Numbered from the stretch's first letter, positions 1 to 10,021 are shown. The stretch: 64,000 bases of DNA from an uncultured Alphaproteobacteria bacterium (GCA_944391485.1 CALXTQ010000014.1:679-64678); one strand, 5' to 3'. Translations and numbers: made by a program. Notes: generated by a model not told the origin, from the sequence alone.

Positions 1-1582
1 GCTTTTCGCGGCTGCCCAGCTCGCGCACCGTCGTGGTGGTTATGTTGCCTTCCGTCGCTTTTTCTACCTTAAAATGATTGTTGCCCTTGGAGGCGACCTG
101 CGGCGAATGGGTTACAACCAAAACTTGTACCTTTTCCGCCAATCTGGCCAGTCTGTCGCCGACGGCCTGCGCCGTGGCGCCCCCGACCCCGGCATCCACC
201 TCGTCAAAAATCATGGTCGACACACTGGAACTCTGCGCCAGATTGACTTTCAGCGCCAGCATAAAACGCGACAGTTCGCCGCCCGAAGCGATTTTGTTAA
301 TCGGCCCCTGCGGCGAATTGGGATTGGTGGCAACCGTGAACGACACGCTGTCAAATCCGTTTTCCGACCAGCCGCTTTCATCCAGTTTGTCAATCGCCGT
401 TACGAATTTGGCCTTTTCCATTTTGAGCGGCGGCAACTCCGCCATAACCTTGTTGTCCAGCTTTAACGCCGCGGCTTTGCGACGCGAGCTCAGCTCGTTG
501 GCCGACTGCACGTAGTCCAGCTTTGCCTGCTCTTCTTCGCGGCGCAGGCTGTTGATCCCCTCTTCGCCCAGCTCAATGCTGCTGAGGCGGCTGCGAAAAT
601 CCTCCAGCGTGCCGGCCAGATCTTCTACCGTTACCTGATGCTTGCGCGCCAGTCCTTTCAGCGTGAACAGCCGGTTTTCGATATTTTCCAGCTCATTCTG
701 GTTGAGGTTGATATTCTGCGAAGCGGCTTCCACCTCGTTGACAACCTCCGTGATGTCTATCAGCGCCTGATCCAGCATATTGACAATCTCGTCATATTTG
801 CCGCCGACCACGCCGTTGGCCTTGTCCATGGCCGACTGCGCCTGGCGGATGGCGGTCTGTACATCGGCGCCCTGCGTCAGCGCGCCGTAAGCATAGTTCA
901 GGCTCTCGATGATTTTCTCCGAGTTCATCAGCTCCAGACGCCTTTGCATCAGCTCTTCTTCTTCGCCCGGAACCGGATGCACTTTTTCCAGCTCGGCAAC
1001 CCAGTGGCGCAGCGCGTCTTCATCGCTTTTGGCCTTTTCAATATTCGCCTCGGCTTCTATGCGCGCCGCTTTTGCCGTTTTGTAAGCCTGATATTTTTCC
1101 CTTACCACCGCCAGCAGGTTTTTATAATCGCCGTACGCATCCAAAATGTCGCGGTGATTGGCAGGATTTAACAGTCCCTGATTGTCAAACTGGCCGTGAA
1201 CCTCCACCAGATTGCGGCCGATTTCCTTCAGCAGTTTGGCGCTGACCGGCTGGTCGTTGAAAAAGATTTTGCCTTTGCCGTCGCGGTTCAGCGTGCGCTT
1301 GATACAGATTTCGGAGCCGGTTTCCAGCTCAAACTCCTCGCACAGCGCAAACAGCGGATTATTTTTGTCATTGACCTCAAAAACCGCCGACACGCTTAAT
1401 TTGTCTTCTCCCTGACGGATGAGCGAGGTTTCGGCGCGGCTGCCCAGTACCAGCCCCAGAGAATCCAGCAGAATGGACTTTCCGGCGCCGGTTTCGCCCG
1501 TCAAAACGCTCAGGCCAGGCTTGAAGTCCAAGTCCAGCTTGTCTATCAGAACAACATTGCGTATCGACAGAGACTGCAGCAT
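1..1582 (-). CDS. recN: DNA repair protein RecN (3' end runs off the window)
   Basis: Not in the ORF track. The reverse strand from ATG at 1582 reads MLQSLSIRNVVLIDKLDLDFKPGLSVLTGETGAGKSILLDSL (RecN Walker A). lpxC-bamD-recN synteny. Confidence 0.95.
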   Translation of the reverse strand, partial: MLQSLSIRNVVLIDKLDLDFKPGLSVLTGETGAGKSILLDSLGLVLGSRAETSLIRQGEDKLSVSAVFEVNDKNNPLFALCEEFELETGSEICIKRTLNRDGKGKIFFNDQPVSAKLLKEIGRNLVEVHGQFDNQGLLNPANHRDILDAYGDYKNLLAVVREKYQAYKTAKAARIEAEANIEKAKSDEDALRHWVAELEKVHPVPGEEEELMQRRLELMNSEKIIESLNYAYGALTQGADVQTAIRQAQSAMDKANGVVGGKYDEIVNMLDQALIDITEVVNEVEAASQNINLNQNELENIENRLFTLKGLARKHQVTVEDLAGTLEDFRSRLSSIELGEEGINSLRREEEQAKLDYVQSANELSSRRKAAALKLDNKVMAELPPLKMEKAKFVTAIDKLDESGWSENGFDSVSFTVATNPNSPQGPINKIASGGELSRFMLALKVNLAQSSSVSTMIFDEVDAGVGGATAQAVGDRLARLAEKVQVLVVTHSPQVASKGNNHFKVEKATEGNITTTTVRELGSREK

Positions 1583-1585
1583 GCC

Positions 1586-2335
1586 CTAACCCTGATTTTT
1601 GACAATCTTTTTGGCTTTGGCCGTCCATTGGCTGCGCGGATAGTTGTAGGCCAGAATACGGTACGCGCCGCGCGCCTCGTCATCAAGCCCCAGAATGGTA
1701 TAAATCTCCACCTGGCGGTACAAGGCCTCCTCAATATGCGACGTGGTCTGATACTGGTTGACAACGACCGAAAAACGGTTGAGCGAAGACAGGTAGTTTT
1801 CCTGACTCAGGTAATAGCGCCCGACTTCCATCTCCTTGCCAGCCAGATGGTCATAAGCCAGATCCAGCTTGAGGCGGGCGTCTTTGGCATATTCGCTGTT
1901 CGGGAACCGCGCGATAACCTGCTGCAGCGCCTGCAATGCCTTCTCCGTGTTGGACTGGTCGCGGTCAACGTCGGTAATCTGCTCGTAATAGCACAGCGCT
2001 TTCAGATAATAGGCATAGGCAATGTCCTTGTTGCCGGGATGAAACTTGATGAAGCGGTCGAGGCTCATGATCGCGTCATCGTACTTTTTGTCTTTGTAAT
2101 AGGCGTAGGCTCCCATCAGTTTGGCTTTGGTCGCCCATCTGGAATAAGGGTGCTCCAGTTCGACTTTTTCAAAAGTTTCGGCAGCGCGCGCGTAAGACGT
2201 GCGATCCAGATAATCGTGCGCCTGATTATAAAGCTGCTCCGCCGTCTGCGGAACTTCCGTCTCCTTGGTGGAAGAACAGCCCGACATCCAGACGGAACAT
2301 AAGACGCAAAAAAGAGTAACCTTGATTTTTGACAT
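1586..2335 (-). CDS. bamD: Outer membrane protein assembly lipoprotein BamD
   Basis: Lipobox MSGC, TPR-like HPYSRWA and FIKFHPGN, LAGKEMEVGRYY. Start placed at MSKIK. Confidence 0.95.
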   Translation of the reverse strand: MSKIKVTLFCVLCSVWMSGCSSTKETEVPQTAEQLYNQAHDYLDRTSYARAAETFEKVELEHPYSRWATKAKLMGAYAYYKDKKYDDAIMSLDRFIKFHPGNKDIAYAYYLKALCYYEQITDVDRDQSNTEKALQALQQVIARFPNSEYAKDARLKLDLAYDHLAGKEMEVGRYYLSQENYLSSLNRFSVVVNQYQTTSHIEEALYRQVEIYTILGLDDEARGAYRILAYNYPRSQWTAKAKKIVKNQG

Positions 2336-2345
2336 GTCTTTTACC

Positions 2346-3194
2346 TTATACCAATTCATAATTCGATTTGTCGCTGAACAAAAGCTTCAGCAGCTGGTTG
2401 TTGTGATAATGCCCGGTTCTGGAGGCGGTCAGCTCACCGATAATGCGGTGCCCCGACGTATACATGTCGCCGATTGCGTCCAGAACCTTGTGGTTGACGC
2501 ATTCGTGCGGAACCTTAAAGCCGCCTTTGTTCAAAATCGTTTCGCCGTCCAGAACAACCGTGTTGTCCAGACTGCCACCTTTGGCCAGCCCCAGCGAATG
2601 CAGGTAATCCACCTGATATTTTTCGCAAAACGTGCGGCAGGGCGCAATCTCTCTTTCAAAAACCTCCGGCGTGATATCGCCGTCAAAAACCTGATGGCCG
2701 ACAATTTTGGACGGGAAATCTATCTCAAACCGGATGCGGAAAGAATCCGCCGGCCTGAGGCAGACCCTGCCGCCTTTGTCATCGGCAAAACAGACTTCTT
2801 TCAAAACCTTTAAGTCCAGACGCGCTGCCCCAAGCTCCTTCAGCCCGGCATTTTTCAGGGCATCGTAAAAAATCTTGGAGCTGCCGTCCATAATCGGCAT
2901 CTCCCGACCGTTTACCTCTATCAGCGCATTGTCTATGCCGCAGACCGACAACGCCGCCATTATGTGCTCAATGGTGGAAACGGCAAAATCATTCCCGTCG
3001 CCAAGGCAGGTGCAGTTGCGGGTATCCACAACATTAGAATACAGCGCGCGCATTTCGGGCGCTCCCGGAAGATCTGTCCGGCGGAACACAATGCCCGTAT
3101 CGGCCGGCGCCGGATATACCGCCATCTCGGCTTCCGCTCCGGAATGGATGCCTACCCCCCTGAATTTTACGCTTTGCGCTATCGTCGTCTGCAT
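2346..3194 (-). CDS. lpxC: UDP-3-O-acyl-GlcNAc deacetylase
   Basis: GVGIHSG, TIEHIMAAL, PIMDGSS and HKVLDAIGD zinc motifs. Confidence 0.97.
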   Translation of the reverse strand: MQTTIAQSVKFRGVGIHSGAEAEMAVYPAPADTGIVFRRTDLPGAPEMRALYSNVVDTRNCTCLGDGNDFAVSTIEHIMAALSVCGIDNALIEVNGREMPIMDGSSKIFYDALKNAGLKELGAARLDLKVLKEVCFADDKGGRVCLRPADSFRIRFEIDFPSKIVGHQVFDGDITPEVFEREIAPCRTFCEKYQVDYLHSLGLAKGGSLDNTVVLDGETILNKGGFKVPHECVNHKVLDAIGDMYTSGHRIIGELTASRTGHYHNNQLLKLLFSDKSNYELV

Positions 3195-3214
3195 TTCGTT
3201 CTCCTCAAATAATT

Positions 3215-3612
3215 CAGGCAGCCTGTAAGCCGGGTTCTGTACGCCTTGCGGCGCGATAGCTATTCATCTGGGCCGAACGTTGCCGTACGGCTCAACGCGA
3301 CCTACCTCTGGAGTGGATTGGAAACCATCCGTATGACCGGAGCCGAAGCTCCCGCCCTCCTAACTTGGTCTTGCTTCAGACAGGGTTTACCTGGCCGGAG
3401 CTGTTGCCAGCTCCGCGGTGGGCTCTTACCCCGCCTTTTCAACCTTACCCGCTTTCTTGCCGCCGGCTCCGGCGGCCACGGGCGGTATATTTCTGCGGCA
3501 CTTTCCCTCGGGTCTCCCCGGCCGGACGTTATCCGGTGTCTTGTTTCCTTGAAGCCCGGACTTTCCTCACGAACGGATTTTACTTTCCGCCGCGCAGCTA
3601 TCCGGCTGCCTG
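3215..3612 (-). ncRNA. rnpB: RNase P RNA (class A)
   Basis: Minus strand carries GAGGAAAGTCCGGGC, GAAAGTGCCGCAGAAA and ACAGAACCCGGCTTA. Terminal helix CAGGCAGCC/GGCTGCCTG. Confidence 0.97.
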
Positions 3613-3618
3613 TCAAAC

Positions 3619-3647
3619 AGATTAATCGCTGCGCGCCATTATTGCAA
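3619..3647 (-). promoter_or_regulatory. Sigma70-type promoter of rnpB
   Basis: TTGCAA-17 nt-TAATCT just upstream of the RNA 5' end. Confidence 0.65.
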
Positions 3648-3680
3648 GTGCTTTATGAAAAGATTGAGCAATTTTAACAC

Positions 3681-3710
3681 AAAAAAAAGAGCTCTCTCTC
3701 GAGAGCCCTT
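3681..3710 (-). terminator. Rho-independent terminator of the 248-aa gene
   Basis: AGGGCTCTC-GAGA-GAGAGCTCT followed by a U-run on the minus strand. Confidence 0.8.
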
Positions 3711-3733
3711 CTTTGTGTTTCCAACCTCATACA

Positions 3734-4480
3734 TTATGCAACGCGTGGTGGTTGGAATGTCGTTTGGCCGATTGATTTGGGTTTTCCCATCTGGTCGTCG
3801 TAAAATTCTGATTTCTCTGCAGAGAAGTAACCCAGAACTTTATAAGAGGCCAGCTTCCCATCGTTTCCCCACCAAACGATATAATTACAGCCATAAACAT
3901 CATTCATGTCCGTAATATTTATCATCGGCGTGGTCAGGAACTCCAGCCCTCCCCAAAGGACACCAAAGGTATTCACGTCGGAGTAGACCCAATATGACGT
4001 TACATTTCCTTTCGGAACATACACGTCATAGTCAAACTCCGTATGGGAGAACTCGTATTTTTTCGCCAGCACGTCTTTGGGAATGGCATAATACTCATTC
4101 TTTATGACGTTCTGGGCCGCAACCTTGGTTTCGTCAAGCTCTATTTCGTGCTCAACATAACCGTCAATCACGGTTGTCAGCTTTTCACCCGGCTTCACAT
4201 TCCGCCACACACGGATTTTCTCGGTCTTTACAGCCGCATAGACACCATGCTTGCGAAGCATCTTTTTGCCGTGCTCTTTGTAGTCTACAAAGAAGTACTG
4301 CACACCAATTTCGTTAAAAAGCGATTTCGGCATTTCTACTTCTTTTCCGTCCACAACAGCAATAGCCTTTCCATCAATCACCGTTATGTAGTTTCCTACA
4401 AAGGTCTCCGCCTCTTGTGCATTGATACGAGTAAATACCACATTGTCCGCAGTACGGAACACTTTATTAAAATTTTTCAT
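3734..4480 (-). CDS. Hypothetical protein, weak resemblance to PGDYG-type domains
   Basis: 248-aa ORF with its own terminator. Segment VKPGEKLTTVIDG...NEYYAIPKDVLAKKYE. Confidence 0.7.
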   Translation of the reverse strand: MKNFNKVFRTADNVVFTRINAQEAETFVGNYITVIDGKAIAVVDGKEVEMPKSLFNEIGVQYFFVDYKEHGKKMLRKHGVYAAVKTEKIRVWRNVKPGEKLTTVIDGYVEHEIELDETKVAAQNVIKNEYYAIPKDVLAKKYEFSHTEFDYDVYVPKGNVTSYWVYSDVNTFGVLWGGLEFLTTPMINITDMNDVYGCNYIVWWGNDGKLASYKVLGYFSAEKSEFYDDQMGKPKSIGQTTFQPPRVA

Positions 4481-4717
4481 AATTATAATCGGGCGTTTGG
4501 TTCATCTACACTCAAGAGCCCATCCTCAAGCAAGATACATATAATATTTTAACAACTAATATAATATCATATTTTCCAAGGAGTGTAAATAGACGAAATC
4601 AACAAAAATTTAGATTTAAGCAAGGGCAAAAAATTGTTATTTTTTATCCCCAAGAAATTATTTAGCTTAACCTAAAGTCTAGAGCCAAATTTGGGAGAAT
4701 CGCAGCAACCTCAATTA

Positions 4718-4732
4718 GAACAAACCAAGAAC
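4718..4732. promoter_or_regulatory. Alphaproteobacterial LexA (SOS) box
   Basis: Exact GAAC-N7-GAAC, in the context AGAACAAACCAAGAACA. Confidence 0.65.
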
Positions 4733-4733
4733 A

Positions 4734-4749
4734 GTTAACAAAATCCTAA
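4734..4749 (-). promoter_or_regulatory. Possible CtrA box
   Basis: TTAG-N7-TTAAC on the minus strand, one mismatch to TTAA-N7-TTAAC, in AT-rich DNA. Confidence 0.35.
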
Positions 4750-4754
4750 AATTT

Positions 4755-4789
4755 CCCATTGAAACCCATAAAATACCATGTTATACCAT
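4755..4789. promoter_or_regulatory. MraZ-binding direct repeats
   Basis: Four (C/A)CCAT units at an exact 10-bp period (4755, 4765, 4775, 4785), i.e. TGG(G/T) on the minus strand, upstream of mraZ. Confidence 0.7.
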
Positions 4790-4826
4790 AATACATGTTC
4801 AATATTGCGGTAAGAGGATTCGGGGT

Positions 4827-5294
4827 TTGAGAAAAACTTTTCTCTTTTTAGACACGATCATTAACAAGGTGGACGCCAAAGGGCGCGTTTCACTCCCCTC
4901 AGATTACCGCGCAATCGTTAAAGAATTATCAACCGAAATCGTCTGTTACCGCAGTCTGACGGCTCCGTGCATCGAAGGCTGCACCGAAGAACTGCTGGAC
5001 AAGCTGGCCGACGATATCGACAATGCCACTGACTTTTTCTCAGAAACGCAGGACAACCTGACCAACCTCATTTTCGGCGATGCCAGACGTTTTGGCTTTG
5101 ATTCGACCGGCCGCATTGTTCTGACCGAAAAACTGATGAAACACGCCGGTATTACCGATACGGCCGTTTTTGTGGGCAAAGGGCGTAAATTTCAAATCTG
5201 GAATCCCGACAATTGGGCCAGAGAGGAAACCCGGATCCGCGCCGAAGCCCTGAAAAATCGCCCCAGTCTGGCGCGCAAACCGGAGAATGACTGA
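4827..5294 (+). CDS. mraZ: Division/cell wall cluster regulator MraZ
   Basis: Paired DAKGRVSLP and DSTGRIVL motifs, GKGRKFQIWNP. Confidence 0.95.
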   Translation: MRKTFLFLDTIINKVDAKGRVSLPSDYRAIVKELSTEIVCYRSLTAPCIEGCTEELLDKLADDIDNATDFFSETQDNLTNLIFGDARRFGFDSTGRIVLTEKLMKHAGITDTAVFVGKGRKFQIWNPDNWAREETRIRAEALKNRPSLARKPEND

Positions 5295-6208
5295 TGGAAA
5301 CACGGCAGAAACATATTCCGGTTATGCTGAAAGAAGTGCTGGAAAATCTGGCGCCGCAGGACGGCGAAGTTTATGTTGACGCTACATTCGGCAACGGCGG
5401 CTACACCGAAGCCATTTTGAAAATCGCGGCCTGTAAAGTCATCGCTCTCGACCGGGATCCGACTGTTCTGCCGCGGGTCGGAGAGCTTAAGGCAAAATAC
5501 GGCGACAGATTTGACTTTCGCGCCGGATGCTTCGGCGATTTTCAAACTCTTGTCGGACAAAAGATAAACGGCGCCGTATTTGACATCGGCGTTTCTTCCA
5601 TGCAGCTGGATCAGGCAGAGAGAGGCTTTTCCTTTTCCAAGGACGCGCCTTTAGACATGCGGATGTCCTGCGCCGGACGCTCCGCCGCCGATATTGTCAA
5701 CACTATGCCGGAAAAGGAACTGGCAGACCTGATTTATAAATACGGCGAAGAACGTAAATCCCGCCAGATTGCGGCGAAAATTGCCGAATACCGCCGCACA
5801 AAACCGATTGAAACCACAAAAGAACTGGCAGAGATCATCTATACCGTTATTCATAAAACCCCCAACGCCATTGATCCGGCGACAAGGACTTTTCAGGCCC
5901 TGCGCATCGCCGTCAACAATGAACTTGAGGAACTTGAAAACGGGCTTAAAGGTGCCGTCGACTGTCTGGCCGCGGACGGACGCCTTGTCGTCGTAACTTT
6001 CCACTCTCTTGAAGACAGGATCGTTAAGACATATTTCAAAGAACAATGCGGACAAACGGCCCGGGCATCCCGATATATGCCCGAGCTGCCGCAGACTGAC
6101 GACGTAAGCTTAAAAGCCTGCTCCCGAGCAATCGCCCCGTCTCAGGAAGAGACCGAGGCCAACCCCCGGGCACGCTCTGCAAAACTGCGGCTTGCCGTCA
6201 AGAAATAA
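5294..6208 (+). CDS. rsmH: 16S rRNA m4C1402 methyltransferase
   Basis: HIPVML, DATFGNGGY, GVSSMQLD, FQALRIAVN, NPRARSAKLR. Confidence 0.97.
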   Translation: METRQKHIPVMLKEVLENLAPQDGEVYVDATFGNGGYTEAILKIAACKVIALDRDPTVLPRVGELKAKYGDRFDFRAGCFGDFQTLVGQKINGAVFDIGVSSMQLDQAERGFSFSKDAPLDMRMSCAGRSAADIVNTMPEKELADLIYKYGEERKSRQIAAKIAEYRRTKPIETTKELAEIIYTVIHKTPNAIDPATRTFQALRIAVNNELEELENGLKGAVDCLAADGRLVVVTFHSLEDRIVKTYFKEQCGQTARASRYMPELPQTDDVSLKACSRAIAPSQEETEANPRARSAKLRLAVKK

Positions 6209-6239
6209 CAACACGCAAACCTAGAAAGGATATGCGACC

Positions 6240-6626
6240 ATGAATAGTACAAAAACTGCAACTCTGAGCCTTTGGGTAACTCTTACCTGTCTGGTCGGTT
6301 TTGGTATGTTCGTCATGAAAAATCAGGTGCAGAATCTGGAAAGCCAGCTTGCCGGTATCAACCGCAATATTCAGGACGATATTAAAACTATTCATATTCT
6401 GAAAGCCGAATGGAGCCATCTCAACACTCCCTCCCGTCTCAGATCCCTCGCCATGAAACATATTTCGCTGAATCCGGTTAAGGCTGAACAAATTATTAAC
6501 TATTCTGCGTTACCATTTGAATATGAATCGGGCGAATCTGGCAGAAGGCTTCTCGCCCAGAAAAACATTAGCAATCAGGCTGAGCGTAATAAAAGGCTGA
6601 AAAGACTCGTAAAAGCTCAGCGCTAA
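6240..6626 (+). CDS. ftsL: Cell division protein FtsL-like
   Basis: N-terminal TM, coiled coil, LKAEWSHLNTPSRL. Lies between rsmH and ftsI. Confidence 0.85.
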   Translation: MNSTKTATLSLWVTLTCLVGFGMFVMKNQVQNLESQLAGINRNIQDDIKTIHILKAEWSHLNTPSRLRSLAMKHISLNPVKAEQIINYSALPFEYESGESGRRLLAQKNISNQAERNKRLKRLVKAQR

Positions 6627-6673
6627 CTGAATAATCCGGACCAACCGGAACAAAATTTAGGGCAGAAGCATTG

Positions 6674-8419
6674 ATGTTGGGAAAGTACTTTTCTGGCGAA
6701 AGGAAAAAAAACTTTTATCTCCCCGGAGAAGAAATCAAAATCGATAAAAGTTTTTCTTTCAACAATTATACCTGCGAAAAAGATCCGCTGGCTACCTGCA
6801 AAAGCCGGGTCGCCTTTGCTTCGCTCATGTTTATGCTCGTCTATGTCGTCATTTGCGGCAGATTGTTTTCAGTCTGTATTTCAACCGACACTTCTTCCGC
6901 TAAAACTTATGACGAAACAGACCATTTGCGCGCTTATGCCGCAAATCCCATTAAACGAGCGGATATTGTCGACAGAAACGGAACTATTGTCGCCACGTCG
7001 CTGCCAACCGTAAACCTCTATGCTAATCCCAAAAAAATTCTCAATGCAAAAAAAGCCGCCGCAGAATTAAGCCGTATTCTGCCCGATATCAGGTATGAAG
7101 ATATTCTCGACAAACTGCAGCGGCGGCGGTCGAGTTTTGTATATATCAAACGCAACCTTTCTCCGTCCCAGCAGTACCAGATCAACTATCTCGGCATTCC
7201 CGGCCTCGAATTTGAAAACGGCGAAAAAAGAATTTATCCGCACAAAAACCTTTTCGCTCATGTTTTAGGAAACACCAATATCGACAATATCGGCATCTCC
7301 GGTATTGAAAAACAGCTCAACGAAAGGCTGACGCAATCGGATATTCCTCTTACCCTGACAATAGACGCCGGCGTTCAGGATACTATCAGAGAGCAGCTGG
7401 CCGCCGCTGTCCGGCAGTTTAAGGCGGAAGGAGCCGCAGCAATTCTGATGGATGTCAGAAACAGTGAAATTATCGCGATGATCTCCCTGCCGGATTATGA
7501 TCCCAATCTCAACAACTACAAAACGGAACGGGCGCAGTTTAATTTTGCTACCAAAGGTGTGTACGAACCGGGATCTGTGTTGAAAATCTTTAATGCGGCC
7601 CTCGGCCTCGAAAGCGGAAAAGTTAAAGTAACAGACAGTTTTGATGCTACAAAACCCCTAAAGCTGAAATACAACACCATCAAAGATTACCGGGGCGAAA
7701 ACCGCTGGCTGACAGTGCCCGAAATTCTGATCTATTCGTCCAATATCGGCTCGGCACAAATTGCCCTGAAAGTAGGCCGACAGGAACAGCAGAACTTTTT
7801 GGAAAAACTCGGATTTTTTGCGCCCGTGCAAAGCATTGAAGTGGCAGAAAAAGGACACCCTCTGGTACCGCGCCGCTGGGGAGAAGAAACAATCGCCACC
7901 GTCGGCTACGGTTATGGCATTTCCGTGACGCCGCTGCATCTGGTTACGGCGTTCTCCGCCATTGTCAACGGCGGGGTTTATCATGCTCCGACCCTGGTTA
8001 AAGACCATCCCGGCGAGGATACGCACAGGGTCGTTTCTTTCAATACGTCAAAAGAAATCCGCAAACTGTTAAGAGGTGTCGTCGTCGAAGGTTCCGGAAA
8101 ACGGGCAAATGTTCCCGGTTATGAGGTTGCGGGCAAAACCGGAACCGCCAACAAGCTTGTCAACGGCAAATATGTCGACAAAAAAGTCATGACCTCTTTT
8201 CTAGCAACCTTTCCGGCCTCTGCACCACAATACGCCCTGTTCCTGATGATGGACGAACCGAAAGCCACAAAAGAAACCTGGGGCTTTGTAACTTCCGGCT
8301 GGAATACGGTTCCGACCGCCGGAAAAATCATTTCGGCCATTGCTCCGCAGCTTAATATCAAAGCCAATTATGATATCGACGAATTGCGCCGCAACAGAAT
8401 TATCGAAGCTTCTTACTGA
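6674..8419 (+). CDS. ftsI: Penicillin-binding protein 3 (septal transpeptidase)
   Basis: RADIVDRNG, EPGSVLK (SxxK), YSSNIG (SxN), GKTGTA. Confidence 0.95.
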   Translation: MLGKYFSGERKKNFYLPGEEIKIDKSFSFNNYTCEKDPLATCKSRVAFASLMFMLVYVVICGRLFSVCISTDTSSAKTYDETDHLRAYAANPIKRADIVDRNGTIVATSLPTVNLYANPKKILNAKKAAAELSRILPDIRYEDILDKLQRRRSSFVYIKRNLSPSQQYQINYLGIPGLEFENGEKRIYPHKNLFAHVLGNTNIDNIGISGIEKQLNERLTQSDIPLTLTIDAGVQDTIREQLAAAVRQFKAEGAAAILMDVRNSEIIAMISLPDYDPNLNNYKTERAQFNFATKGVYEPGSVLKIFNAALGLESGKVKVTDSFDATKPLKLKYNTIKDYRGENRWLTVPEILIYSSNIGSAQIALKVGRQEQQNFLEKLGFFAPVQSIEVAEKGHPLVPRRWGEETIATVGYGYGISVTPLHLVTAFSAIVNGGVYHAPTLVKDHPGEDTHRVVSFNTSKEIRKLLRGVVVEGSGKRANVPGYEVAGKTGTANKLVNGKYVDKKVMTSFLATFPASAPQYALFLMMDEPKATKETWGFVTSGWNTVPTAGKIISAIAPQLNIKANYDIDELRRNRIIEASY

Positions 8420-8599
8420 CCTCGCCTTTTCCGATAACGGCAAAAAATTTCAGATAACAAAACCCGGGATTTTTTGTAAAACATCAACAGTCTTCCGCGG
8501 ATGACTTTACGATACTTTTCCACAGAGCCCGGACAAGCGCACCGGCAGGAACTGTTTCGGTATTATTTATACGCCGCGGCAGCAGCTTTTTTGATAAAG

Positions 8600-8628
8600 A
8601 AAAAGGCCGCGAATTTTCTATCGCGGCC
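8600..8628 (-). terminator. Terminator downstream of yacG
   Basis: GGCCGCGA/TCGCGGCC hairpin with an adjacent A-run on the plus strand. Confidence 0.7.
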
Positions 8629-8633
8629 GTTTC

Positions 8634-8855
8634 TTATTCTTCGGGAGGATTTTGCCTGTTGAGCTCCTTTTCCAGCTCCTCATAATCCTCGTCGTCCATT
8701 TCCTGCGCCGGAATCCGGTAACTTTCGTTGAACCAGTTGCCCAAATCTATATCGGCGCAGCGTTTGGAACAGAAAGGCTTATACTTGTTTGCAGGAACGA
8801 CTTTTTTGCAAATTGGACATTTGTACAGCTTTACAACTTTTTCGTCGCCGCTCAT
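8634..8855 (-). CDS. yacG: DNA gyrase inhibitor YacG
   Basis: CPICKK...[15 protein letters not shown]. Start at MSGDE overlaps the rng stop. Confidence 0.93.
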   Translation of the reverse strand: MSGDEKVVKLYKCPICKKVVPANKYKPFCSKRCADIDLGNWFNESYRIPAQEMDDEDYEELEKELNRQNPPEE

Positions 8856-10021
8856 CCCGCAATTCTCCCCGTTCCCTGACAGGCTTCGCATTCAACCGTC
8901 AGAACATCCGAGAGCGTCGGACGGCGGCGCACGCGAAGAATCTCAACATTGCCGGCCCGGCTTACGCCCAGAACCCTGGCTTTCAGGGGATCGTCCGCCA
9001 AAGCTTCTTCCAAAGCTTCGACTACCGGCTTCAAAAATTTGTATTCGGACGAACCGGCGAAATCAATGATTATTTTGCCGGATAAATTCCGCAGGCGGAT
9101 CTGGCGGGCAATTTCTTCGGCAGCTTCAATATTCAGGCGCGAGATGGACCCGTTGCCGCGGTCATCGCCGCTGTCTACGTCTATGGCGACCAGCGCTTTG
9201 GTCTCCTCAATGTGGATGCGGCCGCCGCTCTTCAGTCCGACTGTTTTCTGCAGCGCTTCGTAAACGGCATCTTCTATTCCGTATTCCTTAAACGGGTCTG
9301 CTTTGATTTCAACCGCAAAACGATCGCCGTATTTTTCCTTAATTTCAGCTTCCATATTGCGGGAATTGGTTACAACTTTGGAAACGGTCTCCATGTCGCG
9401 ATTCAAATGCTCAAAAAGAGAATCGGCCTTGCTGTAAAGCAGGCTGGGCGCCTTGGCGCTGCGGGCCCTGACGCGGATTGCCTCATAGGCGCCGCGCAGC
9501 TCGGTCATCTCCGCCGCAATTGCAGCAAAAGGAACTTCTACCGATGACGTGCGCAGTATCCAGCCTTCCTGACCGGTGGTATTTTCCAAAACCTTTTCCT
9601 TATATTCCGCAAGCTTTTCTTTGTCTTCTATGCGGGAAGAAGCCTCTACCGTCAGGCGGTACGGGCAGTAAACAATATGGCTGCCGACAAGCTGCACGCC
9701 GCGGATAACCCGGGCGCCTTTTTCGGCGCGCTTTTCCTGAATAACCTGCACAACGATACTCTGGCCTTCAGTCATATTCGCTTCCCGCATGCCGGCTTCC
9801 TCTGCATTCAAAAAAGCATCATGGCCGTCATTGATATCTATAAAAAAACCGACTTTGTCATGAGCCAAGTCGATTTTGCGGGTTATTTTTCCAAGGTAAA
9901 TGTTACCTTCGGCGGCTTTGCCGTCAGCGGTGATTTCCAGTTCGCAGAGCCTGCCTCCCGACAAAAGGGCAATGCTTGTCTCTGCATTTTTTTTCTCATA
10001 AAGCACAGTATCTATTTTCAT
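8852..10021 (-). CDS. rng: Ribonuclease E/G family protein (short, RNase G-like)
   Basis: S1 domain, [31 protein letters not shown]. Confidence 0.88.
   Translation of the reverse strand: MKIDTVLYEKKNAETSIALLSGGRLCELEITADGKAAEGNIYLGKITRKIDLAHDKVGFFIDINDGHDAFLNAEEAGMREANMTEGQSIVVQVIQEKRAEKGARVIRGVQLVGSHIVYCPYRLTVEASSRIEDKEKLAEYKEKVLENTTGQEGWILRTSSVEVPFAAIAAEMTELRGAYEAIRVRARSAKAPSLLYSKADSLFEHLNRDMETVSKVVTNSRNMEAEIKEKYGDRFAVEIKADPFKEYGIEDAVYEALQKTVGLKSGGRIHIEETKALVAIDVDSGDDRGNGSISRLNIEAAEEIARQIRLRNLSGKIIIDFAGSSEYKFLKPVVEALEEALADDPLKARVLGVSRAGNVEILRVRRRPTLSDVLTVECEACQGTGRIAG

Noticed and set aside
74-1415. Several plus-strand ORFs
   Set aside because: Antisense shadows of recN, which the ORF track missed because it is truncated by the window edge.
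3246-3677. ORFs of 143, 104 and 86 aa
   Set aside because: They overlap the RNase P RNA.
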